A stretch of 64,000 bases of DNA from Ignavibacteria bacterium (GTDB lineage Bacteria > Bacteroidota > Ignavibacteria > UBA10030 > SZUA-254): positions 114 through 64,113 of the forward strand of contig JACOSY010000053.1 in NCBI GenBank assembly GCA_016178595.1, read 5' to 3'. The notes under the pieces were generated by a model, which searched no databases, was not told the origin of the DNA, and was given only the letters and a program-made list of their open reading frames with translations. Made by a program: the position numbers and the translations under genes. How positions within the stretch are numbered: the stretch's first letter is position 1; the number at the start of each line of letters is the position of its first letter. Shown here piece after piece: positions 29,675 through 39,841 of this stretch.

Positions 29675-31009
29675 TTATTGTGGGATTGATGCGTGAGTCG
29701 TTGTCATGATTACCGGCGCTCGCTCGGTGGCAAGCACATCGACAAATCCATTTTCTGCAAGCGCCTGCTGTCTGAGGTTCACCGCCTTTTCATGTTCCCC
29801 TGCTGCAGCGAGAATGATGGATGCACGGTGGTGCATCAGAGCATTCTTCGTACCGAGTTGCATGGCGCGCTCGATATACGGAAGAGCATTTGTCGTTCGA
29901 CCATTCTTATGGAGTACCCATGCGTATGTCTCCAACGCATCGATATTGTTCGGCCGTGAATCATAGTCTCTCTTTGCACGTTCGAGCGCATCCGGAAGAT
30001 TGATTTCATGATTGGCACAAAACATCGCATACTCACGATCGATGTTCCATCCCGCTTTCTCGTGTTGCGCAAATGCTTTGAGCGCAATCTGTGCAACACC
30101 GTTTGCGCTCTTCACATCGCCCGAAGCGCGATAGACGTCGGCAAGCTGTTCAACAAAGACGTGTTCAGGCGTCAGTTGTGCTGCTTTACTCAGAAGCTCG
30201 ACGGCAGCCTGTGTTTCACCCTTCGCCTGCTTCACCATCGCAAGTCCACTGAGTGCATAGGCATAGTTCGGGCGCTCCTCCAGGATTCCGTTGAAGATGT
30301 ACGCAGCCGTGTCAAGCTTTCCCTGGTTGAGAAACAACTTGCCAAGATTGTACAGCGCCCACACACGACTTTCTTGCCCAAAGACTCCGGCATCTGCCGC
30401 CATCTTCATCGCTTCAACAGCACCGGGAAAATCTCCATGCAGCTCGCGGATGTAGGATGCGCGCGCGTAGGAACGAAGATCGGGGCGGCGACTGAGCATC
30501 TTGTCGCACGTTTGCACAGCATCTTCATACTCTCCGAGCTCCACCTGTGCATCACACAGTACACCATAGGCAAATGCGTTGTATGGATTCTTGCCAATTA
30601 CTTTCAATGCAAGTTCCTTAGCGTTGCGGAACCGGTGCATCGTCATTTGCATCGAGCCTTTGGTAATCGTAGCTTCAGAATTTACCGGATCGCGCTTCAA
30701 TACTTCGTCGAGGAGGTAGTCGGCTTTCGGCAAGTATTCGTGATGATTGCCGGTGACGCGAGCTTCTTGCAAGAACAACTGTGCCAGCTCAATGTAGTTC
30801 TTGACAGCATCCGGATGTTTGGCAATTTCATCGCGGTAGTAGTCGACTGCTTTCTGAGCATTCAGGAACTCCGCAGATGGTCCGGCATTTCCGTTTCTCG
30901 GACTGAGTGTTGGGATTGTCTGTACACTCGAGGATCGCCGGGACACGACATACGTTCCAACCAGCAGGACGGCCACGACAAGCGTTGAGATGATAATTTT
31001 TTTCTTCAT
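29675..31009 (-). CDS. tetratricopeptide repeat protein (membrane-anchored/secreted)
   Basis: Start at MKKKIIISTLVVAVLLVG (RBS GGAGA upstream); multiple TPR-like helical pairs throughout. Confidence 0.6.
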   Translation of the reverse strand: MKKKIIISTLVVAVLLVGTYVVSRRSSSVQTIPTLSPRNGNAGPSAEFLNAQKAVDYYRDEIAKHPDAVKNYIELAQLFLQEARVTGNHHEYLPKADYLLDEVLKRDPVNSEATITKGSMQMTMHRFRNAKELALKVIGKNPYNAFAYGVLCDAQVELGEYEDAVQTCDKMLSRRPDLRSYARASYIRELHGDFPGAVEAMKMAADAGVFGQESRVWALYNLGKLFLNQGKLDTAAYIFNGILEERPNYAYALSGLAMVKQAKGETQAAVELLSKAAQLTPEHVFVEQLADVYRASGDVKSANGVAQIALKAFAQHEKAGWNIDREYAMFCANHEINLPDALERAKRDYDSRPNNIDALETYAWVLHKNGRTTNALPYIERAMQLGTKNALMHHRASIILAAAGEHEKAVNLRQQALAENGFVDVLATERAPVIMTTTHASIPQ

Positions 31010-31107
31010 GATACTCATTTCTCCTTTTTCGATTAACAGAAGGAAGCTCCGGCTTCCACCAACCATCCGCTCAGTCCCTATCCGAGCCGGAGCTTCCAAC
31101 ATTGAGG

Positions 31108-33291
31108 TTACTTCACGAGCATTGCTTTGCGCGTTGAGACAATGGTGTTCCCTGCTTGCAAGCGGTAAAAGTAAACACCGCTGGCGGCATTACCGGCGTT
31201 CCATTTTGCAGTGTACGTACCGGGTGTTTGCTGTTCGCCAACGAGCGTAGCGATTTCCTGTCCGACTTCATTGAAAATCTTGAGTTGAACAAACTCGTTG
31301 GTCGAGACGTGATACTTGATCTCGGTCGATGGGTTGAATGGATTCGGATAGTTCTGCTCGAGGAAGAACGCTCTTGGCACGGTCATACCGAGAGGATCAT
31401 TTCCTACGGCCGTCACACCTGAAGGACCCGACGCAGTCAACTGCTTCACGTAACCGTAGCCGCGATGCGGATCGGGGACATAGGGGAATGTGAATGAATT
31501 GGCAAGATCGTTCTTGGTCGGACCGGCGATATAGTTCAGATGAGAGAAGAGTCTCGGCGATGCAAGATTGGAGTAGTCGCCCGCTGTTGCATCATCGAAC
31601 GGAAGTCCGACTGCTGCGAGAACCAATCCACCCACTGCCTGAAGCTCAATCGTCGTGACGTCATCTTCCAAACGCCGGCCGTTCGGGAATCCATCCATAT
31701 GCGGAATCGCTTCGACGTTCGTGCTCGTGTTGTAGGGAGCTGCAACCAGCCCAAGCACCGCCGCACGTATGAGACCCATTCGTGCGTTGTTCGTGTACTC
31801 GCTGGTATTCCTTGGTGTAACAGGCGTCGCCATGTTCAGTCTCAGCATATCGCCGCCGTACAACTTCCCGCCATCATTCGTAATAGGAAGGAAGTTGTGG
31901 ATGAACGGCTTTCCTGCGCTTAAAGGACCGCCAGTCTTTCCGGTTGCAAGCTGGTATGGTATGAGATTGGGAACGCCAAAGTAGAAGACCGGATAAATAT
32001 CGACACGACGCGGCTTGCCGGAATCCACAAGCGCCGGAGTTACGCCGGCAGCGAATGCAGTCCCTGAAAGATCGGGAACCGGATTAAGTTTTGTGACCGC
32101 CCATGCGCCGTCGTTGCCGTTCAGGAAGTTGAAGCCCGGCGTTGAATATCCGGGAATAACACCAATGGCCGGATATGATTTCGCTTGAATGAGAAGAGAA
32201 TCGAGCGCGGGAACAGCTGCGGCAAACTTCGATGTGTCCATGTAGAGTGCGAGCTCGGGATTCGAGAAGTAGTCAACGAATGACTGCTCTGCGGAATCGT
32301 ATGGCGATACATAGTTCCACCGATCCTTCTGGCCGACCGGGATGATGGCTTCGTTGGTCAACGGCATACCGAGTCGTGATACTTGAACCCACGGACCGCT
32401 CACCGATGGTTTGTCGCCGTTCGTCGAGAGCGTCGTAATCTGCGGGCGGCTTGCAGAAGCCCACACACCAATGACAAAGGTGGGATCGAGAATGCTTGTT
32501 GCCTGGCTTGCATCTTTTCCATCTTTTTGAAGCGAAGCAATCGGGATGTTCATGATGATCGCGTGCGTGTTGAATCCCGCCACGCCATCGCGTGCGTTGT
32601 CGGAGTTTGATGGATCGGCGCCAAACTTGTTGCGTGTTTGACCGAGATCAAAAATGCCGCCGAGGTCGACAAAGAATGGATCGTCCCGCGGACCACAGAA
32701 AACTTTTTCCCCGCCAGACGCTGTGACGATCGCATTGTTGACAAGCGTGCTGTAGCTGCTGTTCATTCCCGCACCGCCTTCGATTGATCGCGGACCGATA
32801 TTATTGGGTGGAACGATACCCTGATTGGCAGTGATGATCGTGGTCCATGGCGCTCCGCCATCCGTGCTCTTCTCGCACTGGTACGTAGTTTTCAGATTCT
32901 GCTTTCCAAGGCGAATGTTGAAGAACGTCGTCAGATCTTCATTCGTCTGGTAAAAAGTAAACCGGTATGTGATATCGTCCTTCGCACTGCCAAGAGCACC
33001 GGTGTGTGTTTGGTTCTTGATGTGAATTTCATAATGAATATTTTCACCAAAGGTGGTGTAATTCGGTCCGCCTTCGGGAAGTTCCAACGGAATGTAGTTG
33101 GCAATGATCGTGACCATGTTGGTGTCGTCCGGCGAGCGGAAAACGTAGAGATCGGTATTATCTGCAAGCGGATCGCTACTGATCAGCGGTGCTTCACGGT
33201 GGCTGGATGCATCCGTTTGTCGGGTCACACCGACGAGGGCGAGAACGACCAGACAGATGCTCAGCCCGGCAACAAGTAAGAACTTCTTCAT
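31108..33291 (-). CDS. DUF4331 family protein with T9SS C-terminal sorting domain (copy 1)
   Basis: Signal peptide MKKFLLVAGLSICLVVLALVG then ASSHREAPLISSDPLADNTDLY (I read this as the DUF4331 N-terminal signature); C-terminus FFLEQNYPNPFNPSTEIKYHV...GVYFYRL. Confidence 0.7.
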   Translation of the reverse strand: MKKFLLVAGLSICLVVLALVGVTRQTDASSHREAPLISSDPLADNTDLYVFRSPDDTNMVTIIANYIPLELPEGGPNYTTFGENIHYEIHIKNQTHTGALGSAKDDITYRFTFYQTNEDLTTFFNIRLGKQNLKTTYQCEKSTDGGAPWTTIITANQGIVPPNNIGPRSIEGGAGMNSSYSTLVNNAIVTASGGEKVFCGPRDDPFFVDLGGIFDLGQTRNKFGADPSNSDNARDGVAGFNTHAIIMNIPIASLQKDGKDASQATSILDPTFVIGVWASASRPQITTLSTNGDKPSVSGPWVQVSRLGMPLTNEAIIPVGQKDRWNYVSPYDSAEQSFVDYFSNPELALYMDTSKFAAAVPALDSLLIQAKSYPAIGVIPGYSTPGFNFLNGNDGAWAVTKLNPVPDLSGTAFAAGVTPALVDSGKPRRVDIYPVFYFGVPNLIPYQLATGKTGGPLSAGKPFIHNFLPITNDGGKLYGGDMLRLNMATPVTPRNTSEYTNNARMGLIRAAVLGLVAAPYNTSTNVEAIPHMDGFPNGRRLEDDVTTIELQAVGGLVLAAVGLPFDDATAGDYSNLASPRLFSHLNYIAGPTKNDLANSFTFPYVPDPHRGYGYVKQLTASGPSGVTAVGNDPLGMTVPRAFFLEQNYPNPFNPSTEIKYHVSTNEFVQLKIFNEVGQEIATLVGEQQTPGTYTAKWNAGNAASGVYFYRLQAGNTIVSTRKAMLVK

Positions 33292-33585
33292 GGATAACTC
33301 CTTGATGTGAGTGGATTGAAAGATGAATTGATTATTCGGTGTCGTCGAATTCTTGCACAAAGAACTTTTGAATCGGTCAAATCCGGCTAAAACAGGAGAA
33401 GTTACTCCACATTTGACAAGAACACCAAGAATACGAAGCAGACCAAAAATCGGATCACAAATCATTAGCCAATTAATAACAAACCGGGGAAGCCTTTCCA
33501 ATGCTACCGAAGGGCTTCCCCGTTAACTTTATGTCCTCTCCCACATGAAGTTCTCAACAGAGAACTTCGATGAGGTCGTGGTTAA

Positions 33586-35760
33586 TTATTTGACGTACAG
33601 AGCCTTCTTCACTGAAACAACTTTATCGCCAACCTGCAACGAATAATAATACGTTCCCGTCGCAACGTTGCTCGGGCTCCATGTTGCGGAATACGTTCCG
33701 GGAGCTTGCTCTTGATCGACGAGCGAGGCGACTTCCTGGCCCACGGTGTTGTAAACCCGAAGCTTCACCACATCGGCCTTGGATAAATGATACTTAATTT
33801 CGGTCGATGGATTGAACGGGTTCGGATAATTCTGCTCGAGCAAGAATGCTTCCGGCGCACTCATTCCGAGGAATCCCGACTGCACAGTCTTCGGCATCGC
33901 GCCCGGCGCAGAAGCGGTCAATCGCTTCACGTAGTCGTATCCCCGATGCGGAGGCGCCAGGTATGGGAATGAAGAAAGCAAGGGAACGTCGTTCTTCGTT
34001 GGCCCCGCATTGTACGTTAACTCTGCGACAAGCTTGGGCGAAGCAAGATCGGAATAATTCCCCGCTGCTGCATCATCGAACGGAAGCCCGACTGCTGCAA
34101 GAACCAATCCACCTACTGCCTGAAGCTCAATCGTTGTAACGTCGTCTTCCAATCGCCGACCATTCGGGAATCCATCCATATGTGGAATAGCTTCGAGGTT
34201 TTTGTTCGTGTTGAAAGGCGCAGCCGTCAATCCGATTGCCGCAGCACGAATCAAGCCCATGCGAGCATTCATCGAATATTCCTCCGTTCCGCGAGGAGTC
34301 GCGGGAGTTGCCATGTTGAGCCTAAGCAAGTCTCCACCGTACAGCTTCCCGGCATCGTTCGTAATCGGCAGGAAGTTATGAATGAAGGGCTTGCCGGCGC
34401 TCAACGGACCGCCGGTCTTGCCTGTTGCAAGCTGGTATGGAATCGCATTCGGCACACCGAAATAGAAAATGGGAAAGATATCGACAAGTCGCGGTTGAGC
34501 CGGACCAAGCAATCCCGGCTGTACCGGAACTGCGAATGCCGTGCCGCTCACATCGAGACCCGGTATGTGTGTCGCAGCGAACGCGCCATCCTTCCCGTTC
34601 CGGAAATCAAATCCCGCCGTCGTGTACCCCGGCAATACGCCAATCGCCGGATACGATTGCGATTGAACCCGCAACGGGCTCAGACCGGGAACCGCACCGC
34701 CGAACTGGCTGTCATCCATGTAGAGCGCAAGCTCCGGATTGGCAAAGTAGTGAACGAACTCCTGCTCATCGGCGCTGTAGGGCGAGACGGCATTCCAGTA
34801 GTCCTTATCTTCGAGCGGAATGATCGCTTCATTCGTCAGCGGCATACCGAGGCGTGAGACTTGCATCCACGGACCGTTCGTCTGGAAGCCTTTCCCCTTC
34901 TCCCGCATGACGCTGATCTTTTGCCGGCTTGCAGATGCCCACACACCTATCACGAAGTCGGGATCGAGAATGCTTGCTGCCTCATTCACCGATTTGCCGT
35001 CTTTCTGCAGGAGATTGATGGGAACCTTCAGAACGATCGCGTGCGTATTGAATCCCGCCACCGCATCGCGCACATTGTTGGAATTGGATGGATCACTCCC
35101 ATAACTGCTTCGGGTCTGACCCAGATCGAAGATACCGCCAAGGTCGACAAAGAATGGATCGTCGCGCGGACCACAGAAGACTTTCTCGCCCGTCGACGCC
35201 GTCGCAATGGCTGAAGCAACGAGCGCGTCGTAGCTTGTGCCGAGACCTGCCCCGCCCTCGATCGAACGCGGACCGATGTTGTTCGGCGGAACGACGCCGT
35301 TGCCGACGATCGTTACGAACGGACCGCCATTGATGCTCTTCTCACACTTATAGCTCGTTTTCAAGTTTTGTTTGCCGAGCCTGATGTTGAAGAACGTCGT
35401 CGGGTCTTCGTTCTTTTGTGTGAACGTGAACCGGTAGGTGATGTCGTCTTTGGCAGAGCCAAGCGTTGTCGCCGTGGTTCGGTTCTTGATGTGGATTTCG
35501 TAGCGAACGTTTTCACCGAAGTTCGAGTAATTTGGCCCGCCTTCGGGAAGTTCAAGTGGAATATAGTTTGCTACGATGGTAACGGTATTGGGATCGTCCG
35601 GCGAACGAAACGCGTAGAGATCCGTGTTATCAGCAAGCGGATCGTTGCTGATAAGCGGCGCTTCCCGGTGACTCGATGCTGTCGTAGGCTGCTGTTGCAG
35701 GAACGTCGCCAGACCGATCACCAGAAATGCCGCAAGAGCGAAGAGAGCTATTCTCCTCAT
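33586..35760 (-). CDS. DUF4331 family protein with T9SS C-terminal sorting domain (copy 2, tandem paralog)
   Basis: Signal peptide MRRIALFALAAFLVIGLA then ASSHREAPLISNDPLADNTDLY; C-terminus FLLEQNYPNPFNPSTEIKYHL...GTYYYSL; long stretches near-identical to copy 1 at the DNA level. Confidence 0.7.
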   Translation of the reverse strand: MRRIALFALAAFLVIGLATFLQQQPTTASSHREAPLISNDPLADNTDLYAFRSPDDPNTVTIVANYIPLELPEGGPNYSNFGENVRYEIHIKNRTTATTLGSAKDDITYRFTFTQKNEDPTTFFNIRLGKQNLKTSYKCEKSINGGPFVTIVGNGVVPPNNIGPRSIEGGAGLGTSYDALVASAIATASTGEKVFCGPRDDPFFVDLGGIFDLGQTRSSYGSDPSNSNNVRDAVAGFNTHAIVLKVPINLLQKDGKSVNEAASILDPDFVIGVWASASRQKISVMREKGKGFQTNGPWMQVSRLGMPLTNEAIIPLEDKDYWNAVSPYSADEQEFVHYFANPELALYMDDSQFGGAVPGLSPLRVQSQSYPAIGVLPGYTTAGFDFRNGKDGAFAATHIPGLDVSGTAFAVPVQPGLLGPAQPRLVDIFPIFYFGVPNAIPYQLATGKTGGPLSAGKPFIHNFLPITNDAGKLYGGDLLRLNMATPATPRGTEEYSMNARMGLIRAAAIGLTAAPFNTNKNLEAIPHMDGFPNGRRLEDDVTTIELQAVGGLVLAAVGLPFDDAAAGNYSDLASPKLVAELTYNAGPTKNDVPLLSSFPYLAPPHRGYDYVKRLTASAPGAMPKTVQSGFLGMSAPEAFLLEQNYPNPFNPSTEIKYHLSKADVVKLRVYNTVGQEVASLVDQEQAPGTYSATWSPSNVATGTYYYSLQVGDKVVSVKKALYVK

Positions 35761-36047
35761 GGTACCCTCCTTCTGTTGTATGGATGAAGTGTTGATTAGC
35801 GCCCATTCCGAAAAAGAAACGTACTCGCGGAATGGCAAAAGGAATACGGAAGGAAGGAGAAATCGGATTATACTTTCTTTTTCTTTTCATCCATGCCCTG
35901 ACAAAAACAGAAATCAGGGATGACTCCCGGCATCAGCTCTTTCGAATGAGGTGGAGGTAATGATGATTGAAATGTAATCCACTTTGTGTTTTTGTACGTA
36001 CTGTGGAATAATGCCTACTTCACGTATCGATACGTCATTCATCAACA

Positions 36048-36962
36048 TCATCTGTCTGAAAAAATCTTTTGAAGCGATTCCCGAAGGGTTGGATACCGGA
36101 ACCTGAATCCCATCTTCAGAAGCCGTGTTGGAATAACCTTTTGACCGGTCAGTAACATGTCGGCCATCTCGCCGAGAGCGATGCGAAGCACAATCGCAGG
36201 CACCAGCGCCCAGCATGGCCGGTGCAGAACAGTGCCGAGCACTTTGCAGAATTGTTTGTTCGTGACCGCATCCGGCGCAGCGAGATTCAGTGCATCCGTG
36301 ACCGTGTTGTTTGTCATTGCGAAGATGATCGCTCGGACGAGATCCTCGCGGTGTATCCACGGGAACCACTGCTTCCCCGAGCCAAGCCATCCCCCCGCGA
36401 ACAGTTTGAACGGCAGTACCAACCGCGGCAACGCTCCGCCATTCCGGTCGAGCACGACACCGAAGCGCGGCGTCACGACGCGCACGCCATGCCGGCTCGC
36501 ACGAGATGCTTCCTTCTCCCACTCCATCGTAAGCGAGGCAAGAAAATCATGTCCATTCGGAGAGTCTTCGGTTACATCTCCGGATTCGACGTGCCCATAG
36601 TACCCAACGGCCGATGCGTTTATGAGGACTGCGGGCTTTTGGCTCGCTTGTGCGATCCCCTCAACGATTACGCGCGTCGAGTCGATGCGGCTGTCGAGAA
36701 GGCGAGCCTTTTGTTCCCGCGTCCATTGCTTATTCGCAAGCGACTCGCCGGCGAGGTTCACAACGGCATCGGCACCATCAAGATGTTGCGCCCATGCTCC
36801 GATGGTCTTTCCATCCCACTGTATGACAGTGAGATGTTGACGAGTGAGAGCAATCTCGCCTGGATTGCGAGTGAACAGTACAACGGTGTGTTTCCCGGCA
36901 ATGAGTTGGTTCACAAGCGCACTACCGATGAATCCGGATCCTCCCGATATTATGATCTTCAT
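36048..36962 (-). CDS. yfcH: TIGR01777/YfcH family NAD-dependent epimerase-like protein (SDR39U1)
   Basis: MKIIISGGSGFIGSALV Rossmann motif; C-terminal DUF1731-like block; start at the internal Met. Confidence 0.75.
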   Translation of the reverse strand: MKIIISGGSGFIGSALVNQLIAGKHTVVLFTRNPGEIALTRQHLTVIQWDGKTIGAWAQHLDGADAVVNLAGESLANKQWTREQKARLLDSRIDSTRVIVEGIAQASQKPAVLINASAVGYYGHVESGDVTEDSPNGHDFLASLTMEWEKEASRASRHGVRVVTPRFGVVLDRNGGALPRLVLPFKLFAGGWLGSGKQWFPWIHREDLVRAIIFAMTNNTVTDALNLAAPDAVTNKQFCKVLGTVLHRPCWALVPAIVLRIALGEMADMLLTGQKVIPTRLLKMGFRFRYPTLRESLQKIFSDR

Positions 36963-37062
36963 GACTTCATCCACTGCAGTTGCTTTCAAGATGGTAACAA
37001 AATAAATCGTTACTTACCACTTGATTGATTCTCAGCTCCGGGGAGCGTATCTTCTACACGAT

Positions 37063-37893
37063 ATGAGTAGCTCCCTTCAAATTCAACGGGTCGAATCGCT
37101 CGATTTGCCGGAGCTGCAGCCGTATCGGACACTGCGACGGCCGATGGACCATCTAAAGGAAGGCATCTTTGTCGCAGAAGGTGAAAAGGTCGTCCGGCGA
37201 CTCCTTGCATCCGGTCTTCATATCGTGTCACTTCTTTTGACGAACGAATGGCTCGAGACATTGCAGAAAACTGCAACGATCCCTGACAATGTCGCCGTAT
37301 TTGTCTCGAAGAAGGAAATTGTTGAAACGATCGTCGGCTACAATCTCCACCAGGGCATCATGGCGATCGGGAAAGTCCCTGCCGAGCCATCGCTCGATGG
37401 AATTGTCCGATCCGCTCCACATCCACACCTCTTCGTTGCATTGGATGGATTAGCGAATGCAGAAAACGTCGGGGTGGTTGTGCGGAACTGTTCCGCCTTC
37501 GGCGTGGACGCGATCATTGTTGGAGAAACCTCCAGCAGCCCGTATCTCCGGCGCGCTGTACGGAACTCGATGGGCACGGTGTTTCAGATGCCGGTGCTTC
37601 ATACCCCGCGATTGACCAAGACACTTACAGCGCTACGGCAGATGCACCGGGCGACTGTCGTTGCAGCTCATCCTCACAAGGAGTCGAGCATTTTCACGAC
37701 AAATTTTCCCGGCAACGTCTGCATTGTCCTCGGCAATGAAGGAGAGGGAATCTCGCGCGAGGTGTTGGACGCGTGCGATGCGCATATCGCCATCCCGATG
37801 ATGAACGGAACCGACTCGCTCAACGTCGCAAGCGCGAGCGCCGTATTTCTCTACGAGGTGCGAAGACAGCGCAGGTCCCAAACGCCAACGTGA
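37063..37893 (+). CDS. TrmH/SpoU family RNA 2'-O-methyltransferase
   Basis: SpoU motifs LDGLANAENVGVVVRNCSAFGVDAIIV, CIVLGNEGEGIS, IAIPMMNGTDSLNVASASAVFLYE. Confidence 0.75.
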   Translation: MSSSLQIQRVESLDLPELQPYRTLRRPMDHLKEGIFVAEGEKVVRRLLASGLHIVSLLLTNEWLETLQKTATIPDNVAVFVSKKEIVETIVGYNLHQGIMAIGKVPAEPSLDGIVRSAPHPHLFVALDGLANAENVGVVVRNCSAFGVDAIIVGETSSSPYLRRAVRNSMGTVFQMPVLHTPRLTKTLTALRQMHRATVVAAHPHKESSIFTTNFPGNVCIVLGNEGEGISREVLDACDAHIAIPMMNGTDSLNVASASAVFLYEVRRQRRSQTPT

Positions 37894-37957
37894 GCGATTC
37901 TATTTTTCGGAACGCGCTCTCGCCGGATCGAGTCCTGGTGAGAGAGTTGTCGAAAAT

Positions 37958-38386
37958 TCATCCGGTCTCGATCAGCTCCCGTGTGCAAAAGAAGAAGTTG
38001 ATCTCAATCCTTCCATTCTCAGCCGAGTCGGAGCCATGGATAATGTTCTCCCCCTTGTTGTCGGCGTAGAGTTTGCGGATCGTTCCCACGGCAGCATCTT
38101 TCGGATCGGTAGCCCCGATGAGCGTGCGAAAATCGGTAACGGCATTTTCTTTCTCCAGTGCGATCGGCACGCACGGGCCAGAACTCATGAATTCGACAAG
38201 ACCGTCGTAAAACGGCCGCCCTTTGTGAACGGCATAGAATCCGCCGGCAGTTTCTTTTGTCAGCCGGATTTTTTTCAATCCAAGAATTTTGAATCCCGCT
38301 TTTTCGATACGGGCAATGACTTCTCCGGTAAGTTTCTTTCTAACGCAATCCGGTTTGAGAATCGCAAGTGTTCGTTCAATCACCAT
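37958..38386 (-). CDS. ndk: nucleoside diphosphate kinase
   Basis: [10 protein letters not shown]...GATDP...NIIHGSD active-site His context. Confidence 0.9.
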   Translation of the reverse strand: MVIERTLAILKPDCVRKKLTGEVIARIEKAGFKILGLKKIRLTKETAGGFYAVHKGRPFYDGLVEFMSSGPCVPIALEKENAVTDFRTLIGATDPKDAAVGTIRKLYADNKGENIIHGSDSAENGRIEINFFFCTRELIETG

Positions 38387-38424
38387 ACACCCCTGTTTTT
38401 ATTTTTTAATTTTGACTTTTGAAT

Positions 38425-38793
38425 TCATACTTCCGTAGGATATCCAAGTTCCTTCCATCTTCTCCAGCCGCCATCCATTGAAACGACATCCGTGTATCCC
38501 ATCTTCTGCAGATTATCTGCTGAAAGTGCAGAGCGGAAACCGCCGCCACAATAGAGGATCACTTCCGTATCCTTGTCGGGAACCCTCGCTTCGATGTCGC
38601 GTTCGATGATCCCCTTACCGAGGTGAATTGCGCCGGCGATGTGTCCCTTATCCCATTCGTTATCCTCACGTGTATCGACAAGAAGAAGTTTTTCCGCATG
38701 ATCGAGGCGTGCTTTTACCTCTTCCGGTGTCGTCTCCTTGATGCGACTTTTGGCATCGTCGACAAGTTTCAAGAATGCAGGTGAATGAGCCAT
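38425..38793 (-). CDS. rhodanese-like sulfurtransferase domain protein
   Basis: 122 aa, active-site loop YCGGGFRS with catalytic Cys. Confidence 0.8.
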   Translation of the reverse strand: MAHSPAFLKLVDDAKSRIKETTPEEVKARLDHAEKLLLVDTREDNEWDKGHIAGAIHLGKGIIERDIEARVPDKDTEVILYCGGGFRSALSADNLQKMGYTDVVSMDGGWRRWKELGYPTEV

Positions 38794-38794
38794 A

Positions 38795-38834
38795 GGGGGA
38801 TTTTGGATTTTAGGTTTTGGATTTTTGAATTCAG
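38795..38834. repeat. GGATTTT heptad tandem repeat (4 units) in the promoter region of the rhodanese gene
   Basis: gggggattttggattttaggttttggatttttgaattc; the related motif GGGGGATTTT recurs upstream of sucD (39885-39900) and TTTTGAATTCA upstream of ndk (38412-38425). Confidence 0.5.
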
Positions 38835-38854
38835 ATTAGAATATAAAGCGTCAA

Positions 38855-39841
38855 CTATGCCCTCTTACGAGCCCACTTCGTTCGTTTGGATGCTGCTTGT
38901 CTTTTCATTCCTTTGGATACAACGATAATTTTCTTTCGAGGTTTCTTTCCGAGAGCGTTTTTCACCGTTTCGCCGATAAGCGCCGGACTTTCAACGACGT
39001 GAATGCCGGCCTCGCGCATCGCCTGCATTTTCTCTACGGCGGTTCCTTTTCCTCCTGAAATAATCGCGCCGGCATGTCCCATTCGTCGTCCCGGTGGAGC
39101 CGTACGTCCTGCGATAAAACCGATAACGGGCTTCTTGAAGTTTTTCCGCACGTATTCGGCCGCTTCTTCCTCGGCCGTTCCGCCGATCTCGCCGATCATG
39201 ATCACCGCGTCGGTGCCGTCATCGTCTTTGAAGAGGCGAAGTGCGTCGATGAACCGTGTACCGATGACAGGATCGCCGCCGATGCCGATGCAGGTCGATT
39301 GGCCCATGCCGAGTTCGGTCACTTGCCAGACAGCTTCATAGGTAAGCGTGCCGCTTCGCGAGATAAGCCCAACGCGTCCCGGTCGATGGATGAACCCCGG
39401 CATGATGCCGATCTTGCACTCGCCCGGCGTGATGATGCCCGGACAGTTCGGCCCGATCATCCGCGTGCCCGTGCGCTGCAGAAACTCGTAGACCTCGATC
39501 ATGTCGCATGCCGGAATTCCCTCCGTGATCGTCACAACGAGCTTGATGCCGGCTTCGGCAGCTTCCATGATTGCGTCTGCAGCAAATTCCGCCCGTACAA
39601 AAATGACGGAGGCGTTCGCGCCTTCCTTCTTCACCGCATCGGCGACCGTGTTAAAGACCGGTACCGTTTTCGGAAACGGATACTCATCGTTTCCCTTGTA
39701 TTGCAGCCCGCCTTTGCCCGGCGTTACGCCTGCCACGACGTTCGTTCCATACTGAAGCATTTGCTGCGTGTGGAATGTTCCTTCGCCGCCGGTGATTCCC
39801 TGGACGACGAGACGCGTATTTTTATCGACAAGAATGCTCAT
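38855..39841 (-). CDS. sucD: succinate--CoA ligase [ADP-forming] subunit alpha, with ~35-aa Lys/Arg-rich C-terminal extension
   Basis: CoA-binding and CoA-ligase motifs ([25 protein letters not shown], phospho-His context GHAGAII); tail [30 protein letters not shown]. Confidence 0.85.
   Translation of the reverse strand: MSILVDKNTRLVVQGITGGEGTFHTQQMLQYGTNVVAGVTPGKGGLQYKGNDEYPFPKTVPVFNTVADAVKKEGANASVIFVRAEFAADAIMEAAEAGIKLVVTITEGIPACDMIEVYEFLQRTGTRMIGPNCPGIITPGECKIGIMPGFIHRPGRVGLISRSGTLTYEAVWQVTELGMGQSTCIGIGGDPVIGTRFIDALRLFKDDDGTDAVIMIGEIGGTAEEEAAEYVRKNFKKPVIGFIAGRTAPPGRRMGHAGAIISGGKGTAVEKMQAMREAGIHVVESPALIGETVKNALGKKPRKKIIVVSKGMKRQAASKRTKWARKRA

Noticed and set aside
30008..30988. 326-aa plus-strand ORF
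   Set aside because: Antisense to the TPR protein gene; no recognisable domain.
33292..33501. 70-codon upstream extension of DUF4331 copy 1 (and the 26-codon extension of copy 2 to 35838)
   Set aside because: Both copies have a canonical signal peptide starting at the internal Met (MKKFLL.. / MRRIAL..) with the identical mature start SSHREAP; the extensions are not conserved between the paralogs.
35914..36522. 202-aa minus-strand ORF
   Set aside because: Overlaps the 3' part of the yfcH gene in another frame; Ala/Arg-rich composition typical of an off-frame high-GC artefact.
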